Shown here: positions 49,283 through 61,509 of the stretch, piece by piece | Position numbering within the stretch: position 1 is the first letter of the stretch | How the letters are laid out: each line of letters opens with the position of its first letter | Source of the DNA: Hypanus sabinus | Taxonomy: Eukaryota | Reading direction: 5' to 3' | DNA: 64,000 nucleotides | NCBI RefSeq assembly: GCF_030144855.1 | Contig: NC_082706.1 | Coordinates: 102,362,001-102,426,000, forward strand | Program-made: the position numbers and the translations under genes | The notes under the pieces: generated by a model | Told to the model about the DNA's origin: nothing | Seen by the model: the letters and a program-made list of their open reading frames with translations, nothing else | Database searches by the model: none

Positions 49283-50145
49283 TGTAACCGGGTAACTGTC
49301 GAATCTTATTCAGTATCATTAAAAGTATACTTAGGCATTCATCTGGGTAATGCTAGAATAATTGTCTGTGCCTTTAGGTGGAGATGGTGGTGTCATTACA
49401 CATGTGCGGGATAGAGGGGAGACCATTTTGCTTTCTGTTGCAGGAACTGGTGGGGACTTTGGAATTGAGTTCCTCTCAGGGATTCTAGGCGTGGTGAGGA
49501 ACGGTGAGCATTAATTTACAATGTCCATGTGAGTTCATTTATGCTTGTTGGCAACTCAAGAATATTGGTAATTTGACATGTTTTACATGTGGATGCTGTA
49601 GAATTTCACAAGTAAAGAACTCGACGCTATATAGCGTGGCTTGCAAAGTTCCTCACCGGCCAAGTAGGTCAGTCTTCCTGTAATTTAACAACCAGGCAAT
49701 ATCTTGTAAAAGTTGTGCCAAAGTGTACCTTTTGTCTAACTCTATTGTATTATGATGGATTGTGAATGTAACTGCGTAACGTGAATGCTTAGTCTCCGCA
49801 TGTGTGTACTAAAGAGTAGTAGACATCTTAGATGAGATGTATTCGCTTACGTTTTTCGCTGCTATGTTGTCTGTATTGTGTTCCTTCAGAATTGCCACTA
49901 CCGTATTAGTGCTGTATTAGTTTTGTGTGATTTTTTTTGTATTTTTATACTACATATGCAATTGATCCAGACACAAGTGTGCGGATCAAAGGTTAAACGG
50001 AGATTGAAACGGCAGGACCTGATTGTAAAGTCGTTCGTTTTGTTTTGAGAACCTCTTCTGGCACTTAAACATGTAAAACAGATAAAGGAATTAAAACCCC
50101 AAAAAGTAGTTGTTGTCCTGAGTGTGTTCTTTTCCCCAGGCTACA
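49283..50145 (+). mobile_element. Solo LTR (~863 bp)
   Basis: TGTAACCGGG...CCAGGCTACA termini (8/10 inverted match); ATTAAA near 50090; interrupts CR1 endonuclease coding sequence. Confidence 0.8.
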
Positions 50146-50859
50146 ACGTAGATACCCCCAATAATCAGCAAGAATTCGATGTGTTGAGAAATTCCACATA
50201 GTTCTGAGAATAGTAGGGTAGTGTTAGTGGGAGATTTCAATTTCCTGGTATCAAACAGGGTCACCCATAGCGCAAAAGGGCCTGGAATGGTGGAGCCTGT
50301 TCAGTGCACCCAAGACAGTTTCCTCACTCAATACAGAGAAGAACCTACACAGGAAGGAGCAGTGCTGGATCTCCTGTCAAGGGACAAGGAGAGCCAAGTA
50401 ACTGAAGTGACAGTTGGGGGACACTTTGGGCTACTAGAATAGATAAAGCCCACAGGTTAAAGTCTTGAACTGGAGCAGGGGTGACTTTTGAGGGCATTAG
50501 GCAAGATCTAGTTGGAGGTCAACAGGATGACTTTATTTAAAGGCAAAGGCACAAACAACAAGAAGGGGACTTGCAAAAGGGTCATTTCAAGGTGCATATT
50601 CCTATTAGAGTGAAGGGTAGACATGCCAAGTTCAGGGTACAAGGAACATGAGATATTGAGGCTCTGGTAAGTAAGAAGGAAGTGTATACAGCAGTTAGTC
50701 AGTACAAATAAATCCCTAAATGAATATAAAAGTTTAAGACCAGTTTTAAGAGGGAAAACAGGAGGTCGAGAAGGTGTGAAATGGATTTGGTGGGCGTGGT
50801 TTGAGATCATCCCAAGTGGTTCAGAATCTGAATTGGGTCCTGATACCTGGTCCTGATTG

Positions 50860-51665
50860 GCACAGATTGGGAAAATGGGCAAAGAAGTAGCAGATAGAAT
50901 ATAGGGGAGTGTAGATAGGTGCATGGTCATTCACTTTTCAGGAAGGAATAAAGGAACTGCTAAATGGGGACAAAATTCAAAATCAGAGGTGCAAAGGGAC
51001 CTGGGAGTCCTTGTACCGAATTCCCTAAATGTTAACTTGCAGGTAAGGAGGCAAAAAGCAATGCTAGTATTCATTTTGAGAGGAGTAGAATAAAAAAGCG
51101 AAGTGCTGGGGTTTTATAAGACACTGGTCAGACCACATTTGGTGTATTGTGAGCAGTTTTGGGGCTTCTTGTGTATGAAAAGATGTCCTGGCATTTGAAA
51201 ATATCCAGATGAGATTCACAAGAATGATTCAGGGACTAAAAGGCTTGTGATATGAGGTGAATTTATGGCTCGAGCACTGTACTCACTGCAGCTTAAAACA
51301 ATGAGGGGGGGGGGGGATCGCAATGAAACATATTGAAGAGCCTAGATAGAGTGGATGTGGAGAGGATGTTTTCTATAGTGTGGAAGTCTAGGAGCAAAGG
51401 GCACATCCTCTGAATAGATCGACATCCATTTGGAACAGAGCTACGGTGGTGAATCTGTAGTATTCATGTCACAGGCGGCTGTGCAGGCCAAGTCATTGGA
51501 TATACTTAAATTGGAGGTTGGTAGGTTTTGATTAATCAGGCCATCAGTGGTTACAGGGACAAATCAGGAGAACACGGGTGAGAGAGATATTAAATCAGCC
51601 ATTATGGAATGGTGGAGCAGTCTTAATGGTCCAAATGGCCTGATTCTGCTCCTAAGTCTTACGAT
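50860..51665 (+). mobile_element. CR1 RT C-terminal/3' fragment
   Basis: Opposite-strand homolog of 13540-14290 and 9161-9280. Confidence 0.85.
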
Positions 51666-51729
51666 TTTCTGCTCTTTAGATTGTATGGGGAAAAAGAACT
51701 TTGAATAGATATGCCTTTATGGCTTTCAA

Positions 51730-52975
51730 CTCCCAATACTGACTACCTTGCTAAGAAACGTCCACTCTCTGCTAAATAAAACTGAAGATCTCAGAGCTAT
51801 GGTGCAGTATCAGAGGGATATTAGGACTATTTGCACCAATTGTTTCGCATTCTGGATGTAGCAATTCAGATTGATGGGTTCACAATATACAGCCAAGATA
51901 GGACAGCTGAGTCTTTTAAAGCCAGGGGTGGTGGAGGGTGTTTTATGATCAACTCCTCACGGTGTACAAATAGGGCGGTACTGTCCCAGTCCTGTTCACC
52001 ACACCTCATAATGAAGTGTTGTCCATTTTACCAGCCATGGGAGATGTCACTGTTCATTTTGGTAGTCATCAACACCCCACCACAGGCTCCAGACGCACAC
52101 AAGCTCAATGCCTTTTCTGCTCACTTTGAAACAGAGAATTAAATTATAGCTATGAGGAACACCCAGTGACCCTGTGAACTCTGTCTCAGAGTCTGACATC
52201 AGGCTGTCTTTGAGGAGGGTAGACCCTCGCAAGGTGGCAAGCCCCGATGGAGTACCCAGTAAGGCTCTGAAAACCTTGCACCAACCAGCTGGAGGGGGTG
52301 TTCAAAGACATTTTCAATCTCTCACTGCTACAGTCAAAAGATCCCACCTGCTTCAAAGGGCAACTATTATACCAGTGCCCAAGAAGAGCAGGGTGAACTG
52401 TACTTCCCCCTGTGACTGGATACTCGAGTTCCTAACCGCAATCTGTGCGGATTGGAAATAGCATCTCTACCTCACTAGCAATCAACACCAGCACCCCTCA
52501 GGGATATCTGCTTAGCCCACTGCTCCACTCTCCTTACACCCATGACGCAGCTCAAGTGCCATCAATAAATTTGCTGATAATACTAGCCTCCATGGTATTC
52601 AAGGCATCTTCAAGGACCAATGCCTCAAAACAGAGGCATCCATCATTAAGGATCCTCATCACCCAGGATATGTCCTCTTCTCATTGCTACCTCGGGAAGG
52701 AGGTACAGAAGACTGAAGGCACACACTCAGCAATTCAGGAACAACTTCTTCACTCTCTGATATTCAATTCCTAAATGAACATTGAACCCATTAACACTAT
52801 TGCACTACTTTTTTATCTCTGTTTTGCACTTCTTAATTAACTTAACTATTTTATATACTTATGCTTACCGTAATTTACAGGTTTTCCCTATATCATCATT
52901 TATTGCATTATACTGCTGCTGCAAAGTTAACAAATTTCACGACCTACGTCAATGATGTTAAACCCGATTCTGATA
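51730..52975 (+). mobile_element. Multiply deleted Rex1/Babar-type LINE
   Basis: Endonuclease (IQIDGFTIYSQDR, GGGCFMIN), KVASPDGVP, TIIPVPKK, TPQGYLLSPLL and the 3' UTR condensed into ~1.25 kb. Confidence 0.88.
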
Positions 52976-53714
52976 TTTTTTTGTTCAGGATGTCATTTGG
53001 GGTAGACATTGGCTAGACATATTTCAGAGCAGGATTCACCTTGAAGCCTTTCCTGCATACCTCTGTGCATGAGAAAGCAGCTACGTATGATGGCTGCTCA
53101 GCTGGCTTCCCATAATGCTCTGCTGTCAATCTGACGGAACCAATAGTATAGCTCAAGCCCTGAGTGAAGTGCTGATAAGTGTTGGTCATTTTTGCACTCA
53201 ATGTAGTGTATGATAGCTTCGCAGTCGTTTGCTTGGTGTGTTGTTGAAGCACAACATTTGAGACATATTGAGAGCTCCTTTGGAAAGCATTTTCAGTCTG
53301 TGAGCATTTTTTTTTCTGAATCCGCAGCATTTCCTTAAGGGGTGATGTTTCTTATGGACTGGGCGTTGTCTTTCAGGGTTCATGATAGAGTTCTCTACTT
53401 TAGTTTTGATGACTATGATGGGGGTTTTGGTTTTCCATTCTTTTGCTGGAGACCCCTCTTTGCATGACATGTTACCGGAAGATGAAAGCATAAAACTAGG
53501 GTGGTTTTGCATTTCTTCATGGCAGCACAAAGAATGAAAATGCCGGATTGGGGCATGTTGCTTCATTTTTTTACTGGAACCTTTCAGTTATTCTGTTCTT
53601 GCATATTGCTTAGTAGCTTCTTTGCTATAGGGTTTATTCCCTATAAAATACAAGGAGATAATTAGTTGTTAAACTGCAAAGATAATGACAATTAAACAGT
53701 CTAATCTAAGAATT

Positions 53715-53965
53715 AAGCAGCTGGATTGAATTGGCATGAGTTAATTCTGGCCGTGACCAACCTCTCAAAGCACTTCATCACAGTAGATGTGAGGGCAACT
53801 GGGCAATAGTTGTTAAGACAGCTCACCCTGCTCTTCTTGGACACCGGTATCATTGTCTCCCTTTTGAAACAGGTAGGAAACTCCAACTGCAGCAGTGAGA
53901 GATTGAAGATGTTCTTGAACACTCCTGCAAGTTGGTTGGTACAGGTTTTCAATGGCCTACCAAGT
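53715..53965 (-). mobile_element. Rex1/Babar-type RT N-terminal fragment
   Basis: QLAGVFKNIFNLSL...PVALTSTVMKCFERLV. Confidence 0.9.
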
Positions 53966-54059
53966 ATACTGTTGGCTAGTTCAGTTATATCTACAGTCGA
54001 AGGGTAACCAAGCCTTTGTCAAGACTTTCAGGGCCACCTATATGTGAAGCCACGGGGGA

Positions 54060-54500
54060 TGATGGCCAAGATTATTAATATCTATTTCTCAATGTTTGCT
54101 AAGAAGAATACCATGGATGCCAAAGAAATAAGGGTAATAAGTAGTGATGTCTTGGGTCATATGTATATTACATGGAAGAAGGTATTTGCAGCCCTGAAGC
54201 ATTAAGGTGGGCAAATACCAAGGGCCTGACCAAATTCATCCCCAGATCCGATGCGAGGCCAAAGTTGTTCTATTGTTCAAGAAGGGTATCAAGGACAGGC
54301 CACAGAAATGGAGGCTGGAGAACCTGATCTCATTTGTAGGGAAATTACTAAAGGGAATTCTGAGGGATAAGATCTACCATCACTTGGATAGTCAAGGCCT
54401 AATCAGGAATTGTCAACATAGATTTGTGTGATGCTGGTCACGGCTGATGAATCTTTTGGAATTTTTCAGAGGTAAGTTAGGGGATCAATGAAGGCATGGC
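54060..54500 (+). mobile_element. CR1 ORF2 fragment
   Basis: GPDQIHP, VVLLFKKG, VGKLLKGILRDKIY. Confidence 0.8.
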
Positions 54501-54829
54501 ATTGGATTCAGGCAACACTGCAGCTTGAGGCCTCATCCTTCCTATCACCAAGGCCACGCAGCTCCCCCACCGTCAACCAATAAACCAATTAATTGGACTT
54601 GCAGCATTCCACTCCTTCAATGAGGTCATGCGATAGCAAGAAAAACAACTAAGATGACCACTCACTGTTAGACTGCGCATCTCCTTTGTGCACTGATACC
54701 TCAGACAGCATCACAGTTCAACCAAGTCCAGCTTCTCTGCCAACAAGAAACTTGGTGATGGAGTAGACCTGAAGTACTTCAAGATCTTAATGTCTAGCAA
54801 GGTCTTGTAAAAATACATTTAAAGAAGAC

Positions 54830-55430
54830 AATATTTTCATCAACCATGGGATTGAGTTCAAGGGCTGTGAGGTAATGTTACAGCTGTATATGACTTTGGT
54901 TAGACCACACTTGGAGACTGTTTTCAGACCTGGTTGCCTCGCTATAGGAAGGATGTGGATACTATAGAGAGAGTGCAGAGGAGATTTACAAGGATGTTGC
55001 CTGGATTGGAGAGCATATCTTATGAGAATAGGTTGAGTGAACTTGGCCTTTTCTCCTTGGAGAGACAAAGGATGAGAGGTGACCTGATAAAGGTGTATAA
55101 GATGATCTTGTGGATAGCCAGAGGCTTTTTTCTCAGGGCTGAAATGGGCACAGTTTTAAAATGCTTGAAAGTAGGTGCAGAGGGGATATCGGGTAAGTTT
55201 TTTTTTCACAGGAAGTGGTGAGTGTGTAGAATGCACCGCCAGCGACAGTGGTGGAGGTGGGTGCAATAGGTTCTTTTAAGAGACCCTTAGATTGGTGCAT
55301 GGAGCTTAGAAAAATAGAGAGCTATGCGGTAGGGAAATTCTAGGCAGTTTCTAGACTAGGTTACATGGTTGCCACAACATTGTGGGCCGAAGGGCCTGTA
55401 ATGTGCTGTAGATTTCTAAGTTTCTATGCT
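54830..55430 (+). mobile_element. CR1 3' end
   Basis: IERVQRRFTRMLPG, RMRGDLIKVYK; tail ttctaagtttctatg. Confidence 0.92.
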
Positions 55431-57764
55431 CTATAACACCTGTGTTTGGTCCCATGAAAGCCACTGCATCCGAGTGCACCGCAATCTTATCAGAGTCTAT
55501 ACCTCCTGCTTGATGGTAGCTGTGTGAAGGTGGAATGGCACCCATGGAAGGAGTATTTGATAATGGATGTTGCCTTCTTGAGGCAGTGCCTCGAGTGGTT
55601 ACTTCTAATGGGTGGGGGGGGGGGGGGTGGGGGAATGGATGCACCTGTAATGATTTGGGCAGAGTCCTTTACTCCCTGCACCTTCGTATGTTCCTCATTT
55701 ACATTCTGTCCACTGCTCGGGATACAAGAGGATGAAAAGGTCAGGTCTGATGCAGGGTTTTGACCTGAAGCATCGACAATTCCTTTCCTCATGCTGATAC
55801 CGCTCGACCTGCAGACTTCCTCAAGCAGATTGTTTGTTGATCCAGTGCTCATTATTCCCACTGGTATCATTCAATATTGAAACTCTTGTAGAGATGTTGT
55901 AAGTGAATCTTTGAATTTTTCTCTGTCTACATGTGATCATTTTCCCTCAGTAGGCTGGGAATCACTGACTTGCATGACATGAAATTTGTTGTTTTGGGGC
56001 AACAGTATAGGGCAAAGACACAAAATTACTATTTTTTAAATTGCAAAAAGTGGAATAACAAAGTAGTGTTTTTTGGAGCATTTTTTGGGGGTCAGCACAT
56101 ATAGCAAATAACTTCAGCCACCAGGCCTCAGATCTGAATATGAACTGTGGATTAAACCTAAAATGCAGCTCTGAACAATGGGTTCCTAAGAAATGTGAAC
56201 CATAGTTAATTGGAAGACCAGCAACGCAGATTTAAATTTATTATTTGGGTGTCTAGAGTGTGTGTCTGTGAAGAGGAAGGTGTGAGGGTGGTGTGTTAGT
56301 TCAAAGGAAGCATTGGTAATGTGGAATTGTCTTTTGATCTTTAGCATATAAAATACTGCATAGTGTTGGGTCAAGCAGGCCTTTTACTCTACTCTAAAAG
56401 GAGTCTCAATCTAATGCCTGTCTCATTTTGTCAAATAAGAGGGGCTTCATACCTACCAGTACTTCTCTTCCGGTAACTTCGTTCACACAGCAAAGTTCAT
56501 GGGCTCATGGACTTTAGAAGTAGAATGGTGCAGGGAAGGAGCTGTCTTTGAATCGTTGAGAGTGGGTCTTCAGCTCTTGTGCCTCCACCCTAGTGGTAAT
56601 AACGAGCAGAGAGCATGCCCCAGATGACGAGGGTCCTTAATGTGGGATGCTACTTTCTCGAGGCCTCCTCAGTGGTGCTGGGGAGAGGTTGTATTGAAGA
56701 GGAAGCTGGCTGATGTGGACTGGAGCCTCCCTGAAGTAGCTGCTTTGGTGTTCCGTCAGCAGACTTTCTTCTGACAAGGTACCACCTACCACATGAAAGA
56801 TCCTTGTGCAAACGTTTGCAGAAGAACATTAGAGTTCTTGCCAAATATTCATCCCAAAAATTAGCATAGATCATTAAACACATGGAGTTGTGGATAATGT
56901 ACTGACAGACAGAGAGCCAGGTGGTAAACTGGAATCAAATAGTGTGAATTAACAGGACTTCTTCCAAGCACAGACAGTGAGTAATGGTATACAATGGGAT
57001 TCACTGCTGGAATCCCAGCTGTTCATTATACTGCATACACCAATGATTCAGATGAGGAATTAAATAACCCTAAACCACAAGCTGGGTGGGAAAGTAGATC
57101 ATAAAATATATAACAAAAAATGTAAACCATGAGGAGGATGCAGAGAGGTTTCAGTGTGATTGGATGTGTTGAAGGAGAGAGGGTAGACACTACATAGTGG
57201 CTGCAACTGATTCTGAGATTAACACATTCATTCCTTTCATTAGGACTATCAGCCCTTTACCTTTCCTACCCATCTGGCTTCGCCTATCACCTTTCAGCTA
57301 TCCTTCTTCCCCTCTCCCCAGCTTTCTAGTCCTTTCCGGTCCTGAAGAAGGGTCTTTGCCCAAAACACCAACTGTTCATTAGGATATTTAGAAGTTTTGT
57401 AAGCAGCCTGTAGCACATCACTGTGGTTCACAAATGCCTTCTTGGACATCATGGCCTTGCACCTTTTTGCCTGCCTGCACTGCATATTCTCTGTAACTGT
57501 AACATAGTTATTCTGCATTCTGTTATTTTTTTCTTGAACTACCTCAATGCACCATCTGATGAAATGATATGAAATGAGATACACAAATCTGATTTTCACT
57601 GCATCTCTTACAATAACGAACCAAATCGCCAATTTAAAAGGACAATGAGGTCACATTGTATCTCCCTTTGACAATCTGTTGCCATTTAAATATAATATGA
57701 CTTCCTGCTTTTACCAGCAAATTGGATAATCTCACATTGACACAAAAGGTTCTACAAATGCTAG

Positions 57765-57925
57765 AAATCCAGAGCAATGCATACAAAATGCTGGAGGAAC
57801 TCAGCAGGTCAGGCAGCTTCTATGGAGGAAAACAGTCGACATTTTGGGCCAAGACCTTTCATTAGGACTATCAGTTGTTTATTCCCCTCCATAGATGCCA
57901 CCTGACCTGCTGAGTTCCTCCTACA
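57765..57925. mobile_element. PLE-derived fold-back mini-element
   Basis: gaggaactcagcaggtcagg..tctatggagg / cctccataga..cctgacctgctgagttcctc inverted arms around a decayed hammerhead. Confidence 0.75.
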
Positions 57926-58520
57926 CCAACTCCTTAGCCACATTTTAAGCTGTATGATCTTTCTAGTTCCGGCCTCATTAGTATGTGGCATGCTTGGCAA
58001 TCTGGAGATTACAACCTGTGAGGTCCTGTCCTTTAACTTAGCACATAATTCCCTGAACTCACTTTGCAGGAGCTTGTCACCCATCCAACTGATGTCATTG
58101 GTTGTGAACCAATGTGAACCACGACCTCTGTTGCTCCCACCCTTCTGAGTGAACGAGCACTCAGAGACCTGACCGCTGTGACTTTCCCTCAACAATATCA
58201 AAAGTGGTATACCTGTTTTTCAGGGGAATGGCAACAAGGTCACCCTGCACTGGCTGCCTATCCCCTTACCACGCCCCCCCCGACAGTCACATAGTTACCT
58301 GTGACATGTACCTTAGGTGTAACACCCTCCCTGTAGGTCATGTCTATCAAATCCCCAGCATCCCGAATGATCCAGAGTTCATTCAATTCCAGCTTCAGCT
58401 CTTTAACATGGTCTGTTAGAAGCTGCAGCTGAATGCACCTCTTGCAGCTCTAGTCATCAGGGTCACTGGAGGTTTGCTTGCCTTCCCTCATCCCGCAAGA
58501 GGAACATTCCAGAACCCCAT
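57925..58520 (-). mobile_element. CR1 ORF1 (SGNH) remnant
   Basis: TTNDI...FRELCAKLKDRTSQVVISRL...WLRSWCRR. Confidence 0.8.
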
Positions 58521-58829
58521 TTGGTACCTACATCACTCTAAATGTGCAATAAGAGGAAAAAACTATGGTCTTTGCCTCTCTTCACCGAACCCTCAATGAG
58601 CCTCAACTCCCCATTCTAATACTGACTCACTCATAGAACTGCCACTCTACTTGAAACTAACTTCTTTTTTTTTGGTGCTTGCCAAATGCCAAATTATGCA
58701 CAATCTAATGTCTCCTCAGGAACTGTGACATGCAAAATGTGACAACTTCCCCCACAAGCTCCTTTTTAAACTCTCTCTCCCTCCAGGCAATCTGGTGACT
58801 CCTCGGGGATGTGGCACGCAAAAATATCA

Positions 58830-59680
58830 ACTCTTGTCAGAGAACTGACTTGGATCCACTTCAGTTTGCCTGCCCTCACAATAGGTCAAAAGCAGATGCT
58901 ATTTCATGGACTCTTCACTCGATCCTGGAACATCTGGACAGTGAAGATGCATACATCAGGATGCTCTTCATTGACTGCGGCTCAGGAGTCATTACTATCG
59001 TCCCCTCAAAACTAATCAATAAGCTTCAAGTCCTCGGTCTAAATACCTTCTTGTGCAACTGGAACCTCAATATCCTTACTTGCGGACCCCAGTCAGTTCA
59101 GTTTGGGAAAAACACCTCCCCACGATCTCCCTCAGCACAGGTACACCACAAGGCTGTGTGCTTAGTCCCCTGCTCTTTACACTTGTGGCTGCACAGCTCC
59201 AATGCCACATTGAAGTTTGCTGACAACACCACTGTCAATGGCTGAATCAAAGGTGGTGATAGATCAGCATACAGAAGGGGGATTGAAACTCTGGCTGAGT
59301 GGTGCCACAGCAACAACTGCTCACCCAATGTCAGCAAGACTAAGAAGCTGATTAATCCCTTCAGGAGAAGGAAACCAGTGGACCATAAGCCAATTCTCAT
59401 TGGCAGATCAGAAGTGGAGAGCGTCAGCAGCTTTAAATTCTTTGATATAATCATTTCAGAGGATCTGTAGTGGATTCAGCTCGAAAGTGCCATTGCAAAG
59501 ACCACAGCACCCACTGTACTTTCTTAGAAGTTTATGCAGATTTGGCATGTCATATAAAACTTTGACAAACTTGATAGATGTTTGGTGGAGAGTATTTTCA
59601 CTAGTTGCATCACAGCCTGGTATGGTAACATCAATGTATTTGCATGTACAAACCCATAAGAAGTAGTGAACATCCACTAT
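58830..59680 (+). mobile_element. Rex1/Babar-type RT fragment
   Basis: DLDPLQFA..NRS, YIRMLFID, LCNW, KFADNTT. Confidence 0.9.
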
Positions 59681-60807
59681 TTTGGTCCAAAACGTTGACA
59701 ATTCCTCTCCTTACATAAATGATGCTCAACCTGCTGAGCTTGCCCAGCAGATTGTTTGTTGCTGTTACAGTCTTCTTATCTGGGGAAGGAAAGGAGTGCA
59801 ATGTAGGTTCGTCAGACTGATTCCTGGGATGGGAGTGCCGAGACACGGACAGAGATTAGGGTGGCTAACTAATCCTCGCTCAAATACCTTCTGTTTTCAC
59901 TTGCCATTTCCTTGCCAAAGCCATGTTCTTCTACGCTTCCACTATAAACTGCAGCAAGACAAGAATGCCCTTATTTCTGAGCATTTACAATCACAAGGGT
60001 TGGGACTAACCTTTCATGTCAGCTGTCACAATCAAAAAGCTCTAGTTTGTTTGAATAAAGAACTGCAAGGTGGTTTAGATTTTTAAAATTCAGATTTTTC
60101 TTTATTTGTAAAAATAACCCACTAATTATTTGCGTCAAGGTTTGACTTCTGAGGGGCTTTAATTGCCTATGAAGGTGCTAATGGCGAAGTGAATTGAAGC
60201 GTTTGGAGTAGTTTCTATCAGATAGCCATCTGTCTAAAATAGCTATGTTAACACAGCTGTGTGTTTTGATCTTTAAGACTTTCTTTACAAGGAACTTGTC
60301 AGATCCCTAACAAAAACAGAACAGGTTATGCACAACCAATTACCATTGCCCAATTTTTGAATAGTGAAAATATAAAGATCTTCAGATGAATTATCATTAA
60401 GTTATTATTGTTCCTCACTGAAGAGAGTCCTTTATTGCCATTTATATCCTTGCCTCTAACTGGAGCAATGTTTTCTTTTGCTGAGTGGCTCCTGATAGCA
60501 ATGTTGTATTAAGTGGGCAAACTTAAGGACTACATTGGACCACCTGATTTCTGCAAGGTACTAGTCACAATAGACACGGCACAGAAAAGTCATTCAGGCC
60601 ATTGCATCATAGCAATCTGAATGTGCAGGACTGTAAGAGGCTGCAGAAAGTGCTGGAACTCTGTCCATTATATCAAAGACACATCCCTCTCTACCAGTGG
60701 TAGTTTCCACAGGAGGCACTGCCTCAGGAAGGCAACATGCATCATCAAAGGTCAGCACCATTCAGTCCATGCCATCTTCTTACTCCTAACACTGGGCAGG
60801 AGATACA

Positions 60808-61023
60808 TGATGCACCATCAATAACTCTCTCTGAGACGTAAAGGTGAGATATCGGCTTTTATTGACTGGAAGAAGGAACAAGCAGTGGTTGACCACCATA
60901 CTACATCCTGGAGACTGAGAGACCGGGCTCAGGCCTCAATCGCCTTTATACCGGGGTCTGTGGGAGGAGCCACAGGGGCAGTCAGCAGGGGCGTGTCCAG
61001 ACAGGTATATGTAGTTCACCACA
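60808..61023 (-). mobile_element. Short solo LTR (216 bp) with 5-bp TSD
   Basis: TG...CA termini; flanks ATACA (60803-60807) and GTACA (61024-61028); minus-strand TATAAA (~60944-60950) then AATAAA (~60858-60863); splits an L2/Rex tail. Confidence 0.88.
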
Positions 61024-61509
61024 GTACAGAAGCCTGAAGTCACCACCGGGTTCAAGAACAGCTAATTCCCTTCAACCACTTTGCAATGAAATACTTTTTT
61101 TGTTCTAGTTATGTTCTTTCTTGTAAGCATGCAGAATTTACATTTAATTAATGTTTTTTCTTGTGAATAATGCCTATATGGTAACATATGCCTGTGATGT
61201 AAATTGAGCTTTTCATTGCGTCTGAGCATACATTTTCTTGTACATATGACAATAAGTTCAGCTTTTCACTTTGAATGTCCCTAATAAAAGGGGAGTCTTA
61301 ACTGATCCTTTGAAAGAGCCTTCCATATAAACACATTCTTGTCCTTTCTCCACAACCTGCGATCTTCTCCTTTTCAACTTCTTATCCAACCCCCTTTCCA
61401 AAGCTGCTGTTGAATCTGTACCCATCACACTTTAGGCTGCATGCTCCTGATCACAAGACCCACTGGGCAGAAGAATTTGACCATCCCATTCCCCTTTAGT
61501 TCTTCCACA

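Larger units (their letters stand above)
47620..50810 (+). mobile_element. Old CR1 (ORF1 and endonuclease remnants) interrupted by a Tc1 remnant and a solo LTR
   Basis: SGNH-like remnants at 47880-48350; ORF 50221-50442 LVGDFNF...AVLDLL; the YYRPP codons are split by the LTR. Confidence 0.8.
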
